Made by a program: the position numbers and the translations under genes. Positions 50,401-63,692 of a stretch of 64,000 nt of DNA are shown here, one piece after another. The notes beneath the pieces are model-generated. The model had not been told where the DNA came from. It did no database searches and was given only the letters and a program-made list of their open reading frames with translations. The stretch's first letter is position 1. Each line of letters starts with the position of its first letter. Source of the DNA: Callorhinchus milii. Its lineage: Eukaryota. The stretch covers positions 85,066,001-85,130,000 of the forward strand of contig NW_024704742.1 of NCBI RefSeq assembly GCF_018977255.1, in the 5' to 3' direction.

Positions 50401-51335
50401 CCAAGCATGTTTTGTAGGTGCTCTTATTTAGATAAGTTGTCGATATTTTTTAGAAATGTTAACATTTGCTGCTAATAATCAATTAGTTATTAAAGAGAGA
50501 CTTCAATGTTAATATTTAGGCTCAACTAATCAATTCTTTCATTGGCAGTCTGGCTTGGGAGGATGTATGATAAACCAAAAATCTAACGCAACAGTTTTTA
50601 TGAATTGTTGCCTCTTTACTGGTTAAAGATCATAGGGTGGGTACGAGGGTCAAGAACTTTAATATTCCCTTTCAGATTTGATCAAAAAGGAAATTAAGTC
50701 ACTGTAGACAAGAAGTGCCAAACTTGCAACCAACCGTAAGTCCCCATTGACTCTCCCTACATCCTCTTTTTCTCCCCCTTTTCCTCTCCACTTTTCTCTC
50801 ATGGCAAACATGTTCACCAGTCAATGAATCAAATGTTCAGGGATGAACAATGGAGTACATTCCTTAGAGCAAAATGTACCTTTTTGCATTGGTTGTGTTT
50901 TAACAAGGTCTCAATGTTTCATCCTTTTTTTTGTTGTTGTTGCTATCGTTTCCTGCAGTGTGTCGAATTATTCAGGTTCAGTATTATTGTTTATTTCAAA
51001 AGTCAGCGGTTTGGGAGATGGGGGGAGGGGAGGGCACAGCGGAGTCAGTTGTTATTTGCACATGTACAGTGCCGTACTTCAGATCCAGAGAACCGGACTG
51101 AATTGATTGGTTGGCAAAAGTCTTTGATGTTTATTGCAAATATGTAGGACTCTGATTTATATATAAAGAGAGGGGAAAAAAGGACACTTACACACATTTA
51201 ACACTTATCTTGTTTTCAATTTGTTCATAATGCTTGTGGATTTGATTGCTGCATGCTATTTCAGAGTTTCCTCTGTGATTGTAGAAACTGAAGTAGTTGC
51301 CAGATAACAAATAAACCAGTCTGTGTTCTTTACCT
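44483..51335 (+). other. Putative long 3' UTR of the isoform-b terminal exon
   Basis: Follows the stop codon. The stretch 48500-51320 is AU-rich with almost no recognisable repeats. It ends in AATAAA (51310-51315), then a GU/U-rich tract and a G-run. Earlier AATAAA signals exist (e.g. 50321), so the true 3' end is uncertain. Confidence 0.4.
45500..46074. mobile_element. Tigger/pogo-like MITE with TA TSD
   Basis: TA|CAGTAAAACTCGCACAAGT ... ACTTATGCGAGTTTACCTG|TA form imperfect TIRs. Confidence 0.75.
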
Positions 51336-51385
51336 GGCTACTTTATCTTTCAATATTCTGGGGGTGGGGCGGGGGGGGGGGGGGG
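51310..51385 (+). terminator. Candidate polyadenylation signal with downstream GU-rich and G-rich elements
   Basis: AATAAA at 51310-51315, tctgtgttcttt at about 51320-51331, poly-G tract at 51360-51386. Confidence 0.4.
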
Positions 51386-51737
51386 CATGTAATTCCTACA
51401 GCAGAAAATTACAAAGCCTTGGTGGTGTCATCCCCTTTAACTTTAATGGGTAGAACGGGTCTCAAACCACGACTGTTTATGGGGCACTGCTGTGCACAAT
51501 TGGTCTTGGTCTCTTTCAGCTTCCACCTTGAAAAGCTGGAGTATGGAGCACACATGCCTCCTATTTTTTCATCTCCTGTAAACAATAATAATAATAATCA
51601 GTGTTTATCTATTTAACTTCAGTTGTCAATGATCGGCCCAGGTGCATACACTCTCTAGCTGTACGAGTTTGGCTGACTCCTGATTCCACAGTATCTTCTC
51701 TTGCCCCTGCAGAAAACTCAGTTTGATGTCATTTAGT

Positions 51738-52392
51738 GTCCCTCACCAGCACCCCCTTCTTCCACCTCCGACACATTGCCTGTCTCCGCCAATACCTCTC
51801 TCTGAAAGCCGTTGAAACCCTGGTCCATCCCTTTGTCACCTCTCGGCTGGACTACTCTAACGGCCTCCTCGCCGGTCTCCCCTCTACTACCATCCATAAA
51901 ATCCAGATCATTCAAAACTTTGCCACCCGCATTCTCACCTGCACCAAACTCTGCTCCCCGATCACCCCAGTCCTTGCCAGACTGCACTGGCTGCCTGTCC
52001 CAGAGAGGATCGATTTCAAGATCTTCACCTTGTATTCAAATCCCTCCACTCCTCTGCACCCCCNTACCTCTCTGACCTCTCTCCTCAAAACAGTACCCGT
52101 TGCCTTCATTCCTCCAGTTCTGGCCTCCTCCTCGTCCCCTGAGTCCTCCGCTCCACCCTCGGCGGCCGTGCCTTCAGCCACTATGCCCCAAGGCTCTGGA
52201 ACTCCCTTCCTCACTCCCTTCGCCTCACTCCCTCTTCCTATTTTCAGGTCCCTGTGAAGACCTTTCTCTTCGACTGCCCTTTGGTCACCTTCCTTCCCCT
52301 CCTGGCTCGGCCCCGGATCCGTTACTGTGAAGCGCTCTGAGACGCCGTCCAGCGTGGAGAGCGCTATATAAATCCAAGTTGTTGTTGTTGTT
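51738..52392 (+). mobile_element. L2 3' fragment (same subfamily as 32141-35382)
   Basis: Encodes FHLRHIACLRQYLS...SRLDYSNGLLAGLP...LHWLPVPERIDFKI. Tail agcgctctgagacgccgtccagcgtggagagcgct followed by (TTG)n. Confidence 0.92.
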
Positions 52393-55300
52393 ATCTGCAA
52401 ACTTTGCTCTGCATTAAATCTGTGAATCCAGAATCATATTTGTCTCCTGGGAACAAGAAGAGAGGGCTTATCCCTATTTTGATACCTGTCAGGATGGTTA
52501 TTTGATTTTTATTTTTAATCTGTTTTTCACAAGTTCCAAGTCTCAATTTTCACAGTTACACGAGTGCTAAGATTTCACACATCTCAAAATAATAATCCTT
52601 GCGTTTGATATTTTGATATGACGCCTTATCACATTGTTGAGATGTCTCAAAGCGCTTCACAGAATACTCTGTAAGGTTAATTGACTATAATTTGTGGGGG
52701 AAACTGAATTTTGAGGAGATGTTCTTGAGACATTTCCTCTCTCCTGCACTGTTTTCAAGAACTGGAACCCACAGATTGCTCTCTGGAACTTGATATTTTA
52801 AACTCTACCAGAAGTGTCTCAAAGTGTGGTTGATGCCTGCTGCAGGTCAAAAAGTTCCAAATTTAGTTTTGAGCAATCCCTGGAAGGAAGAAATGTGGGT
52901 TAAAATGCATGGAGGACTATGTAGGGGAGCACTTGCATTGCCAGCATTCCCTCTATATAAAAGTGTTTGGACAAGGTTAGCATAGCCCAATGTTGCTGTC
53001 TTGCACTGTTTTGGCATGAAGATCAGCAAAACAATTAACACACCTTGCATAATGCGACGGCATTTCTATTTTTGCTATTGTTTTAGCCCATGAGGAATTT
53101 GGGGACTCTGGCGACTGAAACGTTCATTCAGAGTGGAGGTTCTTAAACTGTTTGCCGAGGAACAAGAATCTTATTCATCCTGATCAAAATCAATGTGATG
53201 AGAAATGACACGCTTTTCCATTTGAGGTACCCAATGTTAGGAACAAGCTAACTCAGTTCTGATGTAAGCAAAACTATTTCTGTTGGGTCCCTATATCATA
53301 AATAGACCCCATCCTATTGCTTCTGTAGGACATTTATTTCTGGCATAAGACACACAGATTGAAAAGTTCAGAAGAGGGCGAGATACATTTTACATAAAGT
53401 GATATGGAGGAAAGGGAATGGATTGAAAGAGCGTTACTGTAGACGTATTGGTGGAGCAATCTCGACAGGCTGAATGTCCTACTCCTGTTCCTATAAGTGG
53501 TCTCTGATTGAGACTGTCCAGTTTTGATATGTGGATCCATGAATACTAAGAAGAGGGGGTATGAAGCAGGCTGCACTGGGTTCATGCTGGAGCCTAAACA
53601 CAGGAGACTTTCATCACATCTATCTGTCTGGATTCAACCCAGGTTCCAGGGGGTAGAGTGCTGACCCAACAATCATACAGTCCCAACTACTTATTTATAA
53701 AATCAAGAAAGGCAGTGCACCTCAAGAAAGTGGTCCAAAACCTTACACAGATTTCACTTTGTCACAACGAAGACCATTGGCACTCGGTGAAATATTCTTG
53801 GTCTAATTAAATATATGAAGAATAAAGGAAGCTGAGGAGAAGAACCTTAAAGGACAATAACTGAATCAAGAGGGTCAGAAAGTAGAGGCGGGCTGTAACC
53901 TCTGTGTACGCATTGCCATTCCATTTAAAAGGGAAAACATTGGTATTTGTCGAGTTTTCCAGTACGGATGCAGAAGGTTGCAGAGAAAAGATGATGCAAG
54001 GCCTTGAAGGCATTCAAAGGTGAGGACAAAGTCTTAAAGATATTTTGCTGAGAGAAAGGAAGCTAGGGAGGCTGTAGGAATTGGATTCAGGCTGTAGGGT
54101 TCTGTACTGACCACATTTTATCTCTCAACTACAGACTCAACAGCTTTAGTAAGCAGGTTGAGTCACAGCACTTTGCACAGTAGAGATGTGATTACCTCAG
54201 GATGCATTAGATTGTCACACAGCTCTGTAATAAATTATGTCACTGTGATGTTTAGGAGAGCATTACAAAACATTTGCAACACTTTACACATCAGTCTTGC
54301 AGATGAGGAGCCAAAGAATCCTTAAAAAAAAAGTTTTGCCATTTCAAGCATAATTTAAAGGTTCAGTTCTTGGCAGATGCAGCTTGATTTTATTTTGTCT
54401 GAGAACATTCGCCCTACAATGAAGGGCATGTGTGTGCACTGCTATTGTCTCCTGGTTGCAGGCCCTGCCTATATCTGTCTAGTTTGTCGTCAACTACAAT
54501 TACTATTACAACAATTAACATACATACAGTTGTTTTGATCAATTGAAGGGGAGGGTACAAAAACAGACTGGGAAGGCAATCTTCATCTGATCCTCCGCCT
54601 TAGTACTGGATTGATTGAGGGATTAAATCTGCATTCTTCTCACTCCATTGTAGTATTTGAGCTTGGTTTTATGCTAGAGCTCGGAAATACTCATTATCAA
54701 GCTATCTATTTACTAACCTGTGTTTGGGCTGCATTCGCCTGCAAAATACACAATCACTACACTTAACAGTAAATCCTGTGAAGTACTTTGAGACATCCCC
54801 ACCCATGTGAAAGGTGCTGTGTCTGATGACTGATGTCAGATGGATTATTACCACCATTGTTCAGATACTTTCTTCATTACATTATTAATGCACTGCAGGT
54901 CACAGGGGTTAATCCGGCATCTGCAGGGTTGCAAAATTGGTATCTGAAGCTGTTTTCAGACTGTGAGAAGGCAACAAAGAAGGCTTTGCCATCAGGATCA
55001 TTGTGTGGTTCAGATTTTCTTTCCAAATTAGTTTCTCCCCTTTCCAATTTGGCCTTCCAACTCCTTCCACTATCCTGGCCAAGAATTGGCAAGTCAGAGC
55101 AGTGACCTCGGAACAACTTCTTCCCCGCCCCCCACCCCCCTCCACTGTGAGTTAGTGCCTGGCCATGAATCAGGTGGGAAGTCCACTAGGTGAGGAGACC
55201 ACCCATCGCATTGGTCTGATCCCCTGCTCTTATCAGGCATTTGCTTCAATTTAGGAAAATAATACTTTTGTAATTCCACAGGACAGTCAGTATATGTGCT

Positions 55301-55682
55301 GCCAGAACTGGAACTCACGGTGTTCAGGGTTACACCTGGATTACCACAGTTTAAACTTTGAACTCGAAAGTTTGAAGGACTGCTCAACCCACTAGGATTT
55401 GAACATGGATCACTCCACTTCTCAACTAACTCAGCTACCACTTTCCCCTTTCAGTCCTTCATATATTACAATGCTTCAGTAACTAAGTTTCCATCTAAAA
55501 GATGTTCAGACACTAGGAAAGAAGCCGTTCTCTCCACTTTGCTCTGTGCTGATCCTTTAGCCTATTAACCTGTGAATTTACCATGAGTGTTGGGTGCAAG
55601 TATAGACTGGGAAGCAATGGATAGAAAGAGAGTAAATGTAGATTTCCATTTGACCCTGCGGTGGCTGTGTAATAATTATAAG

Positions 55683-56563
55683 AATAATAATCCTTGCATT
55701 TGATATAGCACTTTATCACGTCATTGAGTCTCAAAGTGCTTCAGAAAATATATTGTAAAGTGAATTGACTTATTGTATTGTAGGCGATTCGTGGCAGCCA
55801 ATTGCACACAGTAGTGTCCCACAAGCACACATCAACAACAACAACAAGATTCCATTTATAGAGCGCCTTTCACGTCGGGAGGACGTCCCAAGGCGCTGTA
55901 CAGTCAGGTCAGGACCCAAGCAGGGGGGAAATGGTCAGGGTGAGGGGAGGGAAAGGAGGGAGCGAGGAGGGGGGTAGAGAGTCGAGAGGGGAGCTGAAGG
56001 CACGGTCAAAGAGAAAGGTCTTGAGACCGGCCTTGAAGGAGGAAAGGGAGGAGGCGGCGAAGGCACTGGGGGATAGAGTTCCAGAGCCTCGGGGCTGAGA
56101 GGCTGAAGGCCCGACCACCGATAGTAGGGCGGTTGGGGCGGGGGATTTGGAGCAGACCGGAGCCAGAGGAACGGAGGGTACGGGCAGGTAGGTAGGGGAT
56201 AGTAGGTCGGAGAGGTAGGAGGGAGCGAGGCCGTGAATGGCCTTGTAGGTGAGGATGAGGATCTTGAATTCGAATTTGAATATGGATTGAATGACCAAAT
56301 TGTTATTTATTTATTTAATTATTTGAAGGGGTTATTCGCCCTGGAAAGCAATTCACCTATCGATTAGCAACCAGATTCCTAACTATTACTAGGTAAACAG
56401 AGGTGTGTGGAGTAAGGAAACTTGCCAGGCCTTGGGACGTCCTCCTGATGTGAAAGGCGCTATACAAGTTTAATTTGTTGTTGTTGCGTAAGGTTTCGCC
56501 CTGCCAGGGAATTGAACCCACGTCCTCTCACTTGCGAGGCGAGTGCTCTAATCAGTACTCCAC
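55683..56563 (-). mobile_element. Full SINE interrupted by a young L2 3' fragment (about 55832-56268, - strand) and an L2 tail (about 56428-56486, + strand)
   Basis: The SINE tail, body and head are collinear once the two L2 pieces are removed. Confidence 0.85.
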
Positions 56564-57554
56564 ACAGTCTGTAAAACCTTGTCAGTAATTAATTTAGAAG
56601 CTAATTAAAAAATGAAGGGAAGTTTTTCCAACATTTTAGAAGCTAAATTGTTGGAATATATGGTTTGAAGAGGTGCACTAGTGAGCACTTCACATGTTGA
56701 AAATGCTTTGTTGTGTTTTGTCCAGAAATAAATGAGATTCTTGGCAGGACTGGCTTTACAACTCATCGAGGCCTGAATAGTGGTTAGATCCCATGACTGA
56801 AAGTTGATCGGCCCCCCACCCATATTGTTTAGAATGTGCTTCTGAAGCTCTTGCGTTACACACATTGTGGCATATAAACTGACATCAGCCACAACCAGTA
56901 TCAATCAATCCTTATTTAAATAATGCTCCATATCTCCTAATTGATATGAACGTGAGGTACTAACCAAACAAGTCTAAGCTGACACTGTAGTGCACACAGG
57001 GGGAAGGAGGGATGACGTCTTTCAGATCAGACAATAAACCAAGGTCCTATCTACCTTTTTTCAGGGGGTGTTTTAAGATCTCAGGACAATGTTGGCAAAG
57101 AGAAGGAAGTTCTTCCCGGCTTTGGCCAACAATCCTCCAGATTAATTGGCCATTCACCTCAATGTTGTTTGTGGAACTGACTGGTACCAGTATGGCTCAT
57201 GCATTTGCTTATACAATAGTCTTTAAACCTCAACCTTAAATACTTTAGATGCTATAAAAGTGCAATGTCTTTCTCTAGTTAAAGGCAGATTCTGCAGACA
57301 ATTCCCCCATTTGTAAGATGCTGAAATCTTGCATTTGTTTTGTGGGTCAGTTGGCCTTTCTAAAAGGATATGGCCTTTGGTTCTGAATGCAAGGGAGGTC
57401 ATTATTCAAATGTTTTGATATTTACCATAAAATTGGAGTCTTGAAACTCAAATTTCTAAATGCAGAGAGAGAGCTTATTCCCAGAGATCAGTGATGTCTC
57501 CCGTCCCAAGCTTTGGTTTGTTGTTAAAAAGCCAAGGTGCTTTTGTGGTTGCGA

Positions 57555-57785
57555 AGTATGAACCCGATTGTCAGTTGATTGGCAGATCGCTTTTCCGGGG
57601 ATATTAAAATAATAAATTGGTCACTCAATCCATGACTGTTTGTGGGACGATGCTTGTGCAATTGGCTGTTGCGTTTCACCCACAAAATATACAGTCAGTT
57701 CACTATACAGTATATTCTGTGAAGCGTTTTGAGACGTCTCGAAGACGTGATAAGGCGCTATATCAAATGCAAGGATTATTATTAA
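57555..57785 (+). mobile_element. SINE 3' two-thirds
   Basis: Tail gaagcgttttgagacgtctcgaagacgtgataaggcgctatatcaaatgcaaggattatt. Confidence 0.88.
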
Positions 57786-58034
57786 TACTGTATTGTAAAT
57801 GTAAATTTTTAGTGCTCAATAGCCCTGTTGTGCACAATATCACATCATAATTTAATTTCCTTCCAAACACATGGCCAGCATTAGTTATATACTGATATGA
57901 CCATCTTACACTGCAGATTCTCAGCCAGTGAAAATATTTGATGGCCGCTACTTTGACAAAAGGGGAGATGAGTTTACAACAAACACTGTGTGCTGATCAT
58001 ATGTTGAGGTGGAGAGGAGAGCACCGAGAGAAGC

Positions 58035-58305
58035 AGTGTATGTCTGGGGTGGAGAGACACTGTGTGTCGAGGGGGAGAGACACTGTGTATCGGGGGGGGG
58101 GAGACACTGTGTGTGTCGGGGGGGCAGATGCTGTGTGTGTCGGGGGGGCAGACCCTGTGTGTCAGGGGGAGACCTGTGTGTCGAGAGGGCGCGTTGTGTG
58201 TCGGGAGGGGAGACGCTGTGTGTCGGGGGGGAGACGCTGTGTGTCGGGGGGGGGGGCAGAGACGCTGTGTGTCGGGGGGAGATGCTGTGTGTCTAAGGGG
58301 GGAGC
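58035..58305. repeat. G-rich minisatellite (~20-23 nt unit GAGACRCTGTGTGTCGGGGGG)
   Basis: About 12 visible units. Confidence 0.92.
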
Positions 58306-59151
58306 AAAGCATATTACTATCATATATCGTGAGTGAGAAGCATTTGTACGGGATCATTTCAAATGAATTTCCCCTTTTACGATGGTGAGGGGTCTTTTTG
58401 TTCTGTGGAGTCTGCAGTTTAACAAGTTGGAACTTTTGCCACAAGACAGCCGACTGGGGAATGCGAGCGGCCTCCCAACGTGACTGCAATGTGAACCCGA
58501 CCTCTCAAACACACAGACCTTTTACGAGCTCAGTGACTGTAAACTCTCTGGTGCTGCCTGCCCCAGTTTGAGCCCCTGGGATTTGCTGCGGAGGCTTGGT
58601 TTCTGTGTGTGTTTTTCTTTCAAGGGAACCTTGGTCTTATTCCTCAAGGGCTCTTTTGTACAACAGTAGAGCACTTCACACAGTTTCTCCCATATAAAGC
58701 CCACAGAGCTGCAGGTGACTGGGTTTTACTACAGTGAGTACAGTATAGGAAATAAATGGATTATTGATCCAGTAAATAGTTTTCTGGGTTTAAATTTTTG
58801 CGTTGTCTTCAGCAGCAATGAAGCTCTGTGCATATTTTTCCAATGAACTGAGGATGGATACATGGACAATGCTGTCTTATTTTTTATTAATGGTTCACTC
58901 TGTCATTGTGGTTGTTTTGAATGTGTAAACTTTGCCATGATGCTCTCAGTGACTGTAGGAATTCACATATAAACAATATAATTGCTGCACTTTACTCCAA
59001 TTTAGTAAATGTTGTGTAAATCTGAATTAAAATGGCTTTGGAGAACTTCTACAAAGAGTCATAAAGTTTATTTATGAAGTAGCAAAGCTCTACAGGCCAA
59101 GGTGGTCCCTGGTTGGAATCGTGGTCTGTGTTGAGTTAGCTGGTCCCATCC

Positions 59152-59525
59152 AATAATAATAATAATAATTATCCTTGCATTTGATATAGCATCTTATCAC
59201 GTCTTCAAGACGTTTCAAAGAGCTTGACAGATTATACTGTAAATTGAATTGACTGTATATTTTGTGGGCAAAACATGGCAACCAATTGTTCACATCAGTG
59301 TCCCACAAACAGTTGTGTCCAAATTGTTATTTTTTGGCAGGATTATTATCTCCATAAAAGCTATCCAACAATCGACTAACAACCGGGTTCCTACTTAATA
59401 CTTGGTATAAACAGAGATGTGTGGGGTAAGGAAACTTGCCTAAAGTTTCACCCTGCCCAGGAAGCAAACCCAGGTCCTCTCGTTTGCGAGGCGAGTGCTC
59501 TAACGGATACGCTACAGGACTCCAC
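59152..59525 (-). mobile_element. tRNA-derived SINE, full length
   Basis: (AAT)n tail at 59152; the head ends caggactccac. Confidence 0.9.
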
Positions 59526-60787
59526 AGTGACTGGTCTTCCCCTTCAATGTATCAATATGAATGTTACAAATATGAACTCCAAGGTGACATGCCTGGCAAT
59601 GGAGTGTCAGAATCGAGCCCGGCCTCTGTGGCGGTCTCGCTAGTCCGGTTTCTGAGCCAGGCAGGTCCACTGCTGGCAGCACAGCAGCCTGGCACATCTG
59701 CAGGCTTGAAGGGACAGAAGTCACTGGGGGCAAAGCTCTTCCTATTCAGCTCCTACACGCCTTGGAGCTGAGTAGCTTACTGATACTAACTAAAATCCAA
59801 TCTACTCTAATCACTAAATACAGCAATCCTTCCCTCTAAATCGTTATAACAGAACATCATTGTAAAGACAAGCTGAAAAAGACCAAAATTCAAACATTAA
59901 ACTACAGCCGTTGAACGTGAGAGACGTGCTGGGGGAGGGTGGGGGAATGGGCAACAGAATTGGTTAAAATTAGGGAACAGAATTTGTCTGAATTTCTGTT
60001 GGCCTAGTCATTCCTGAACCAGCTCCAAACAATCTACAGTTTCCAGCTGCAATAACTGGATAGTTACAAAACCTTGTTTGGCTATTATACCCCCCAACCC
60101 TCTATCTCCCTCCCCGCCCCCCCACCACCCTCACTACTGCTGCTCTGGCCAATACTCTTCTACCAGGCCATTGGGCGAAGCTGAGATCTTGTGAATCTTG
60201 GGCTCTGACAAGGATCAAGCAGCCGAGAATGTCCACAACTGTGTGTGACATTCACACTCTCTTCATATCCCTGACTCAAGGTATCTGCTGCCTCTATGTG
60301 AATGTTCAAAACCTTTAGCTACAGTTAATGTGTGCCAAGCAGAGAGCACCGTACAGTAAATGTGCCTCGGGCTCTGAAGGGAGTAACAGTCCATATTCTA
60401 AATCACAAATGTTTAAAACCTAGCATCTGAAATTGATAGATACATTGTGTATTATCTGTATGCGAGTACTAGCTCCTATAAGTCATATTAAAGTCGCTTG
60501 AAATGAACGAGGAAAGAGATGACTGGTGGAGTGCTCAGGGCCTTCATTGTTATTTATTAAATAAATAAAACCTATAACTTGACGTTCTGCATATTGGGTT
60601 ATTTTATAAAACATTCAGTGCAGTTAATGAATTCCTGGTTGGTCATGCATTATTTATTCTACCTAAAAATATAGTATGTGGAACGGTGTAATGCTCAGTT
60701 TATTCTGTTCACATACAGAAATACAGTCACTACACTTCACTGTGAATCCTTTTGACACTTGCTCTTCACGTGAAAGGCTATTATCAA

Positions 60788-62310
60788 ATAGAACCATACA
60801 AATTTACAGCACAGAAAATGACCATTCGGCCCATCGTGTCCGTGACTCCCTCAACAGCAATCCTTTCAGGCCTTACACTAACCTGTCCTTTCCTCCATGT
60901 CCCTGAGGCTGACTCTTTTTAAGGTATTTGTCTAATTCCCTCTTGAAGCCAATATGGATTCTGCCACAACCATTGCTCCCGGCAGGGCATTCTATATCCT
61001 AACTACTCTGTGTGAAAACAAATTCTCCTAACTTCCCCTTTGTTCCAGAAAAAAAATCCCATCTTCTGCAATCTTTGCTCATAAGCCAAACCACTCGTCC
61101 TCGGTATCATCCCTGTCAATCTTCTCTGCACCCTCTCTATCACATTGACATCTTTCCTAAAGTGTGGTGACCAATACTGAACACAACAGTTGTCTAACTA
61201 ATGATTTATGTAAGTTTAGGATTACCTCTTTGCTTTTATATTTGAAACCCTATAAAACCTAACATTTCATTAGCTATTTTGACAACTTTCTCAACTTGCC
61301 TTTCCACCTTTAAGGATGTATGTACATTAACTCCCTAAAGTCTCTTTAGTCTTCTATTCCTTTTAATATTTTATCACCCAACATATGGGTTCTCCTTATT
61401 CTTATCTCCTTATTCCCAAAATATATAACCTCGCATTTGGGTCTGTATTAAATTGCAATTGCCATTTCTCTGCCCAATCAACTAAATAGTTGCTTACAAT
61501 CTTCTTCATTGTCAATTACATTTCCTATTTTCATGTCATCTGGAAACTTAGAAATTGCGCTCCTTATACCAGAATCCAGATCATTTATAAATGGAGAAAA
61601 GCAATTGTCTTAACATTGACCCCTGGGTAACACCACTATTTACATCTCTCCATTGCACATATAACAACCTTGGTGTCCCGCTCTGTGTCCTATGCTTTAA
61701 TCATCTTTCTATCCATGCTGCTACCCTCCATTTATAAAATGTGCCTTTTTTTTAACAAGCCTCCTATGCAGCACCTTATTAAAAAACTTTCTGAAAATTC
61801 TGAAGGTTATGTACAACATCCACAGCATGATTTGATTCATTAATTCATCCATATTGATTCATCTATTTTCTTGGTTACTTTGTGAAAAAAAATTGTCAAG
61901 CGGGACTTACCTTTAACAAATCCACGCTGACTGTTTTTAATCAACGCATGTCTTTTCAAGTATTTATTAATATTATCGCATATTATAGCCTCTAACAGTT
62001 TGCCTGCTATGGGTGTTAGATTGACCGATCTATAATTACTCCTGTTCTCCAATTTTAAACAGAGGTGTTACATTAGCTACCCTCCAGGCTCCTGGCACAA
62101 CTTTTAATTTCAAGGATGTTCAAAAAATTGTAGTCAGAGTATCTATTATTTCCTCCCTGGTTATCACTTCTCTTTGCTGCACATCCTCCTCTTGTACACT
62201 CAGTGTCTCACAACCACTCTCTGCTGTAAAAACTGAGGTGATAGTTTGTAAAATCTACTCATTAAGTATCTCTGCCAAACCTTCATTTTCTATGACTAGA
62301 TTTCTCTTTT
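60788..62310 (-). mobile_element. Old degenerate CR1-clade LINE (RT region plus 3' end)
   Basis: Encodes NYRSVNLTPIAGKLLEAII...SQRGFVKGKSRLT. SGVTQGS-like and DDM-like remnants are present. 3' end acagcacagaaaatgaccattcggcccatc. Confidence 0.85.
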
Positions 62311-62714
62311 GATGAGGAATGCAAGAATTTTTATTACTGCTCAGCAAAATCTGCTAACTTGTATTTATAATAACTTCCTTTTGATTGTCATTTTCTTCCC
62401 TATGATTGAGTGACATGGATACAGCTTGGTTACTGCTCTACCATTCTCTGTATGAGTGTGTGAGGCTCCACCTGGAGTGAAAGCAGGTTATTGTATTGAG
62501 CAGCAGACCCTCACCACCAATCTGTCTTCACTGACTTTCACAAATGTGCACTTTCCTGTAGAATATCGCCACCTAGAGATGAGAAGGACAATTGTATTGT
62601 GCCCCACCTCCCTGGCTGAGATAAACTAGCAGTCTAGACGATGAATTGAACCTTGGTTGTGTCTGATCCATAGGGCTCAATATTGTTAGTTATTGAACTC
62701 ATAGTCTACACTGT

Positions 62715-62885
62715 GAGACATTGCAGTACAGTACTAAGGGAGCGCTGCATTGCTGGAGGTGTTAAAATCAATGTCCCATGTGTCTGTTCTGACAGCTCAT
62801 ACGAATTGTAAAGATCCCAGGTACAATTTTGAAGAGCAGGATGTCCTTCCTCTTAATGTACTGGCCAATATTCCTCCCTCAGGTG
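62715..62885 (+). mobile_element. DeuSINE-like core fragment
   Basis: cagtactaagggagcgctgcattgctggaggtg...gtaaagatcccaggtacaattttgaagagcagg...ctggccaatatt. Confidence 0.65.
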
Positions 62886-62904
62886 GTATAGATCACAAGA
62901 TAAA

Positions 62905-63400
62905 ATAATAATCCTTGCATTTGATATAGCGCTTTTCATGTTTTTGAGACGTCTCAAAGTGCTTCACAGAATATGCTGTAAAGTGAATTGACGGTATATT
63001 TGTGGGCGAAGCGCGGCAGCCAATTGCGCACAGCAGTGTCCCACAAACAGTCATGGATTGAAAATGACCAATTTGTTATTATTTTTTGGAGAGATTATTA
63101 TCAGGCGTGTGGAGTAAGGAAACGTGCCCAAGGTCTTCGCCCTGTCTGGAATTGAACCCAGGTGTCTCGCTTGCAAGGCGAGTGCTCTAACCACTGAGCT
63201 ACAGGACTCCAGGAATATACTGTAAAGTGAATTGACTGTATATTTTGTGGGTGAAACGCAGCAGCCAATTGCACACAATGGTGTCCCACAAACAGTTGTG
63301 GATTAAATGACCAAATTATAATCTTATTAATTATAAAATATTAATTTGAAAGTGATCCACCAATCGACTAACAACCGGGTTCCTACTTACTGCTAGCTAA
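62905..63400 (-). mobile_element. Tandem SINE pair: a full short-body copy (62905-63211) abutting a partial long-body copy (63213-63400)
   Basis: Two consecutive copies of the gaatatactgtaaagtgaattgac...gtgtcccacaaacag body. Confidence 0.88.
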
Positions 63401-63692
63401 AGATTGGTTTGGATGAAGAAGAGCATCCGGCTCATCTATCTGAAATTGCTGTATCTACGTCTCACTGTCTGAAACTGTTGTAAGTGCAGAAGAAAGGAAT
63501 ATAGGGTTTGGGAGAGCAGATTAGGAGGGTGGAGTATAAACACCAGCACACACTAGTTGGCCTGTATCTGCACTGTAACCTTCCAAAGAGTCCTGTGTAA
63601 TTCTGTGTAATAATTCTCATTGCCTGAAACTGCTCACTCTAATTCAATCACTCTAATTTTAAACCCGTTTTGTGCGACCTTTATTTTTCTAG

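Noticed and set aside
54877..55441. Antisense ORFs (79 and 115 aa) as a nested gene
   Set aside because: No recognisable homology or exon structure, and the lengths are compatible with chance.
60200..60310. Penelope-type minimal hammerhead ribozyme (ctctgacaaggatcaagcagccgagaatgtc)
   Set aside because: The CUGANGA and GAAA cores are both mismatched and the stems are unconvincing.
44483..63692. Additional DUF3504 cassette exons between or before the two modules
   Set aside because: No ORF with DUF3504 motifs appears in the track or by eye. Degenerate copies would need tblastn to exclude.
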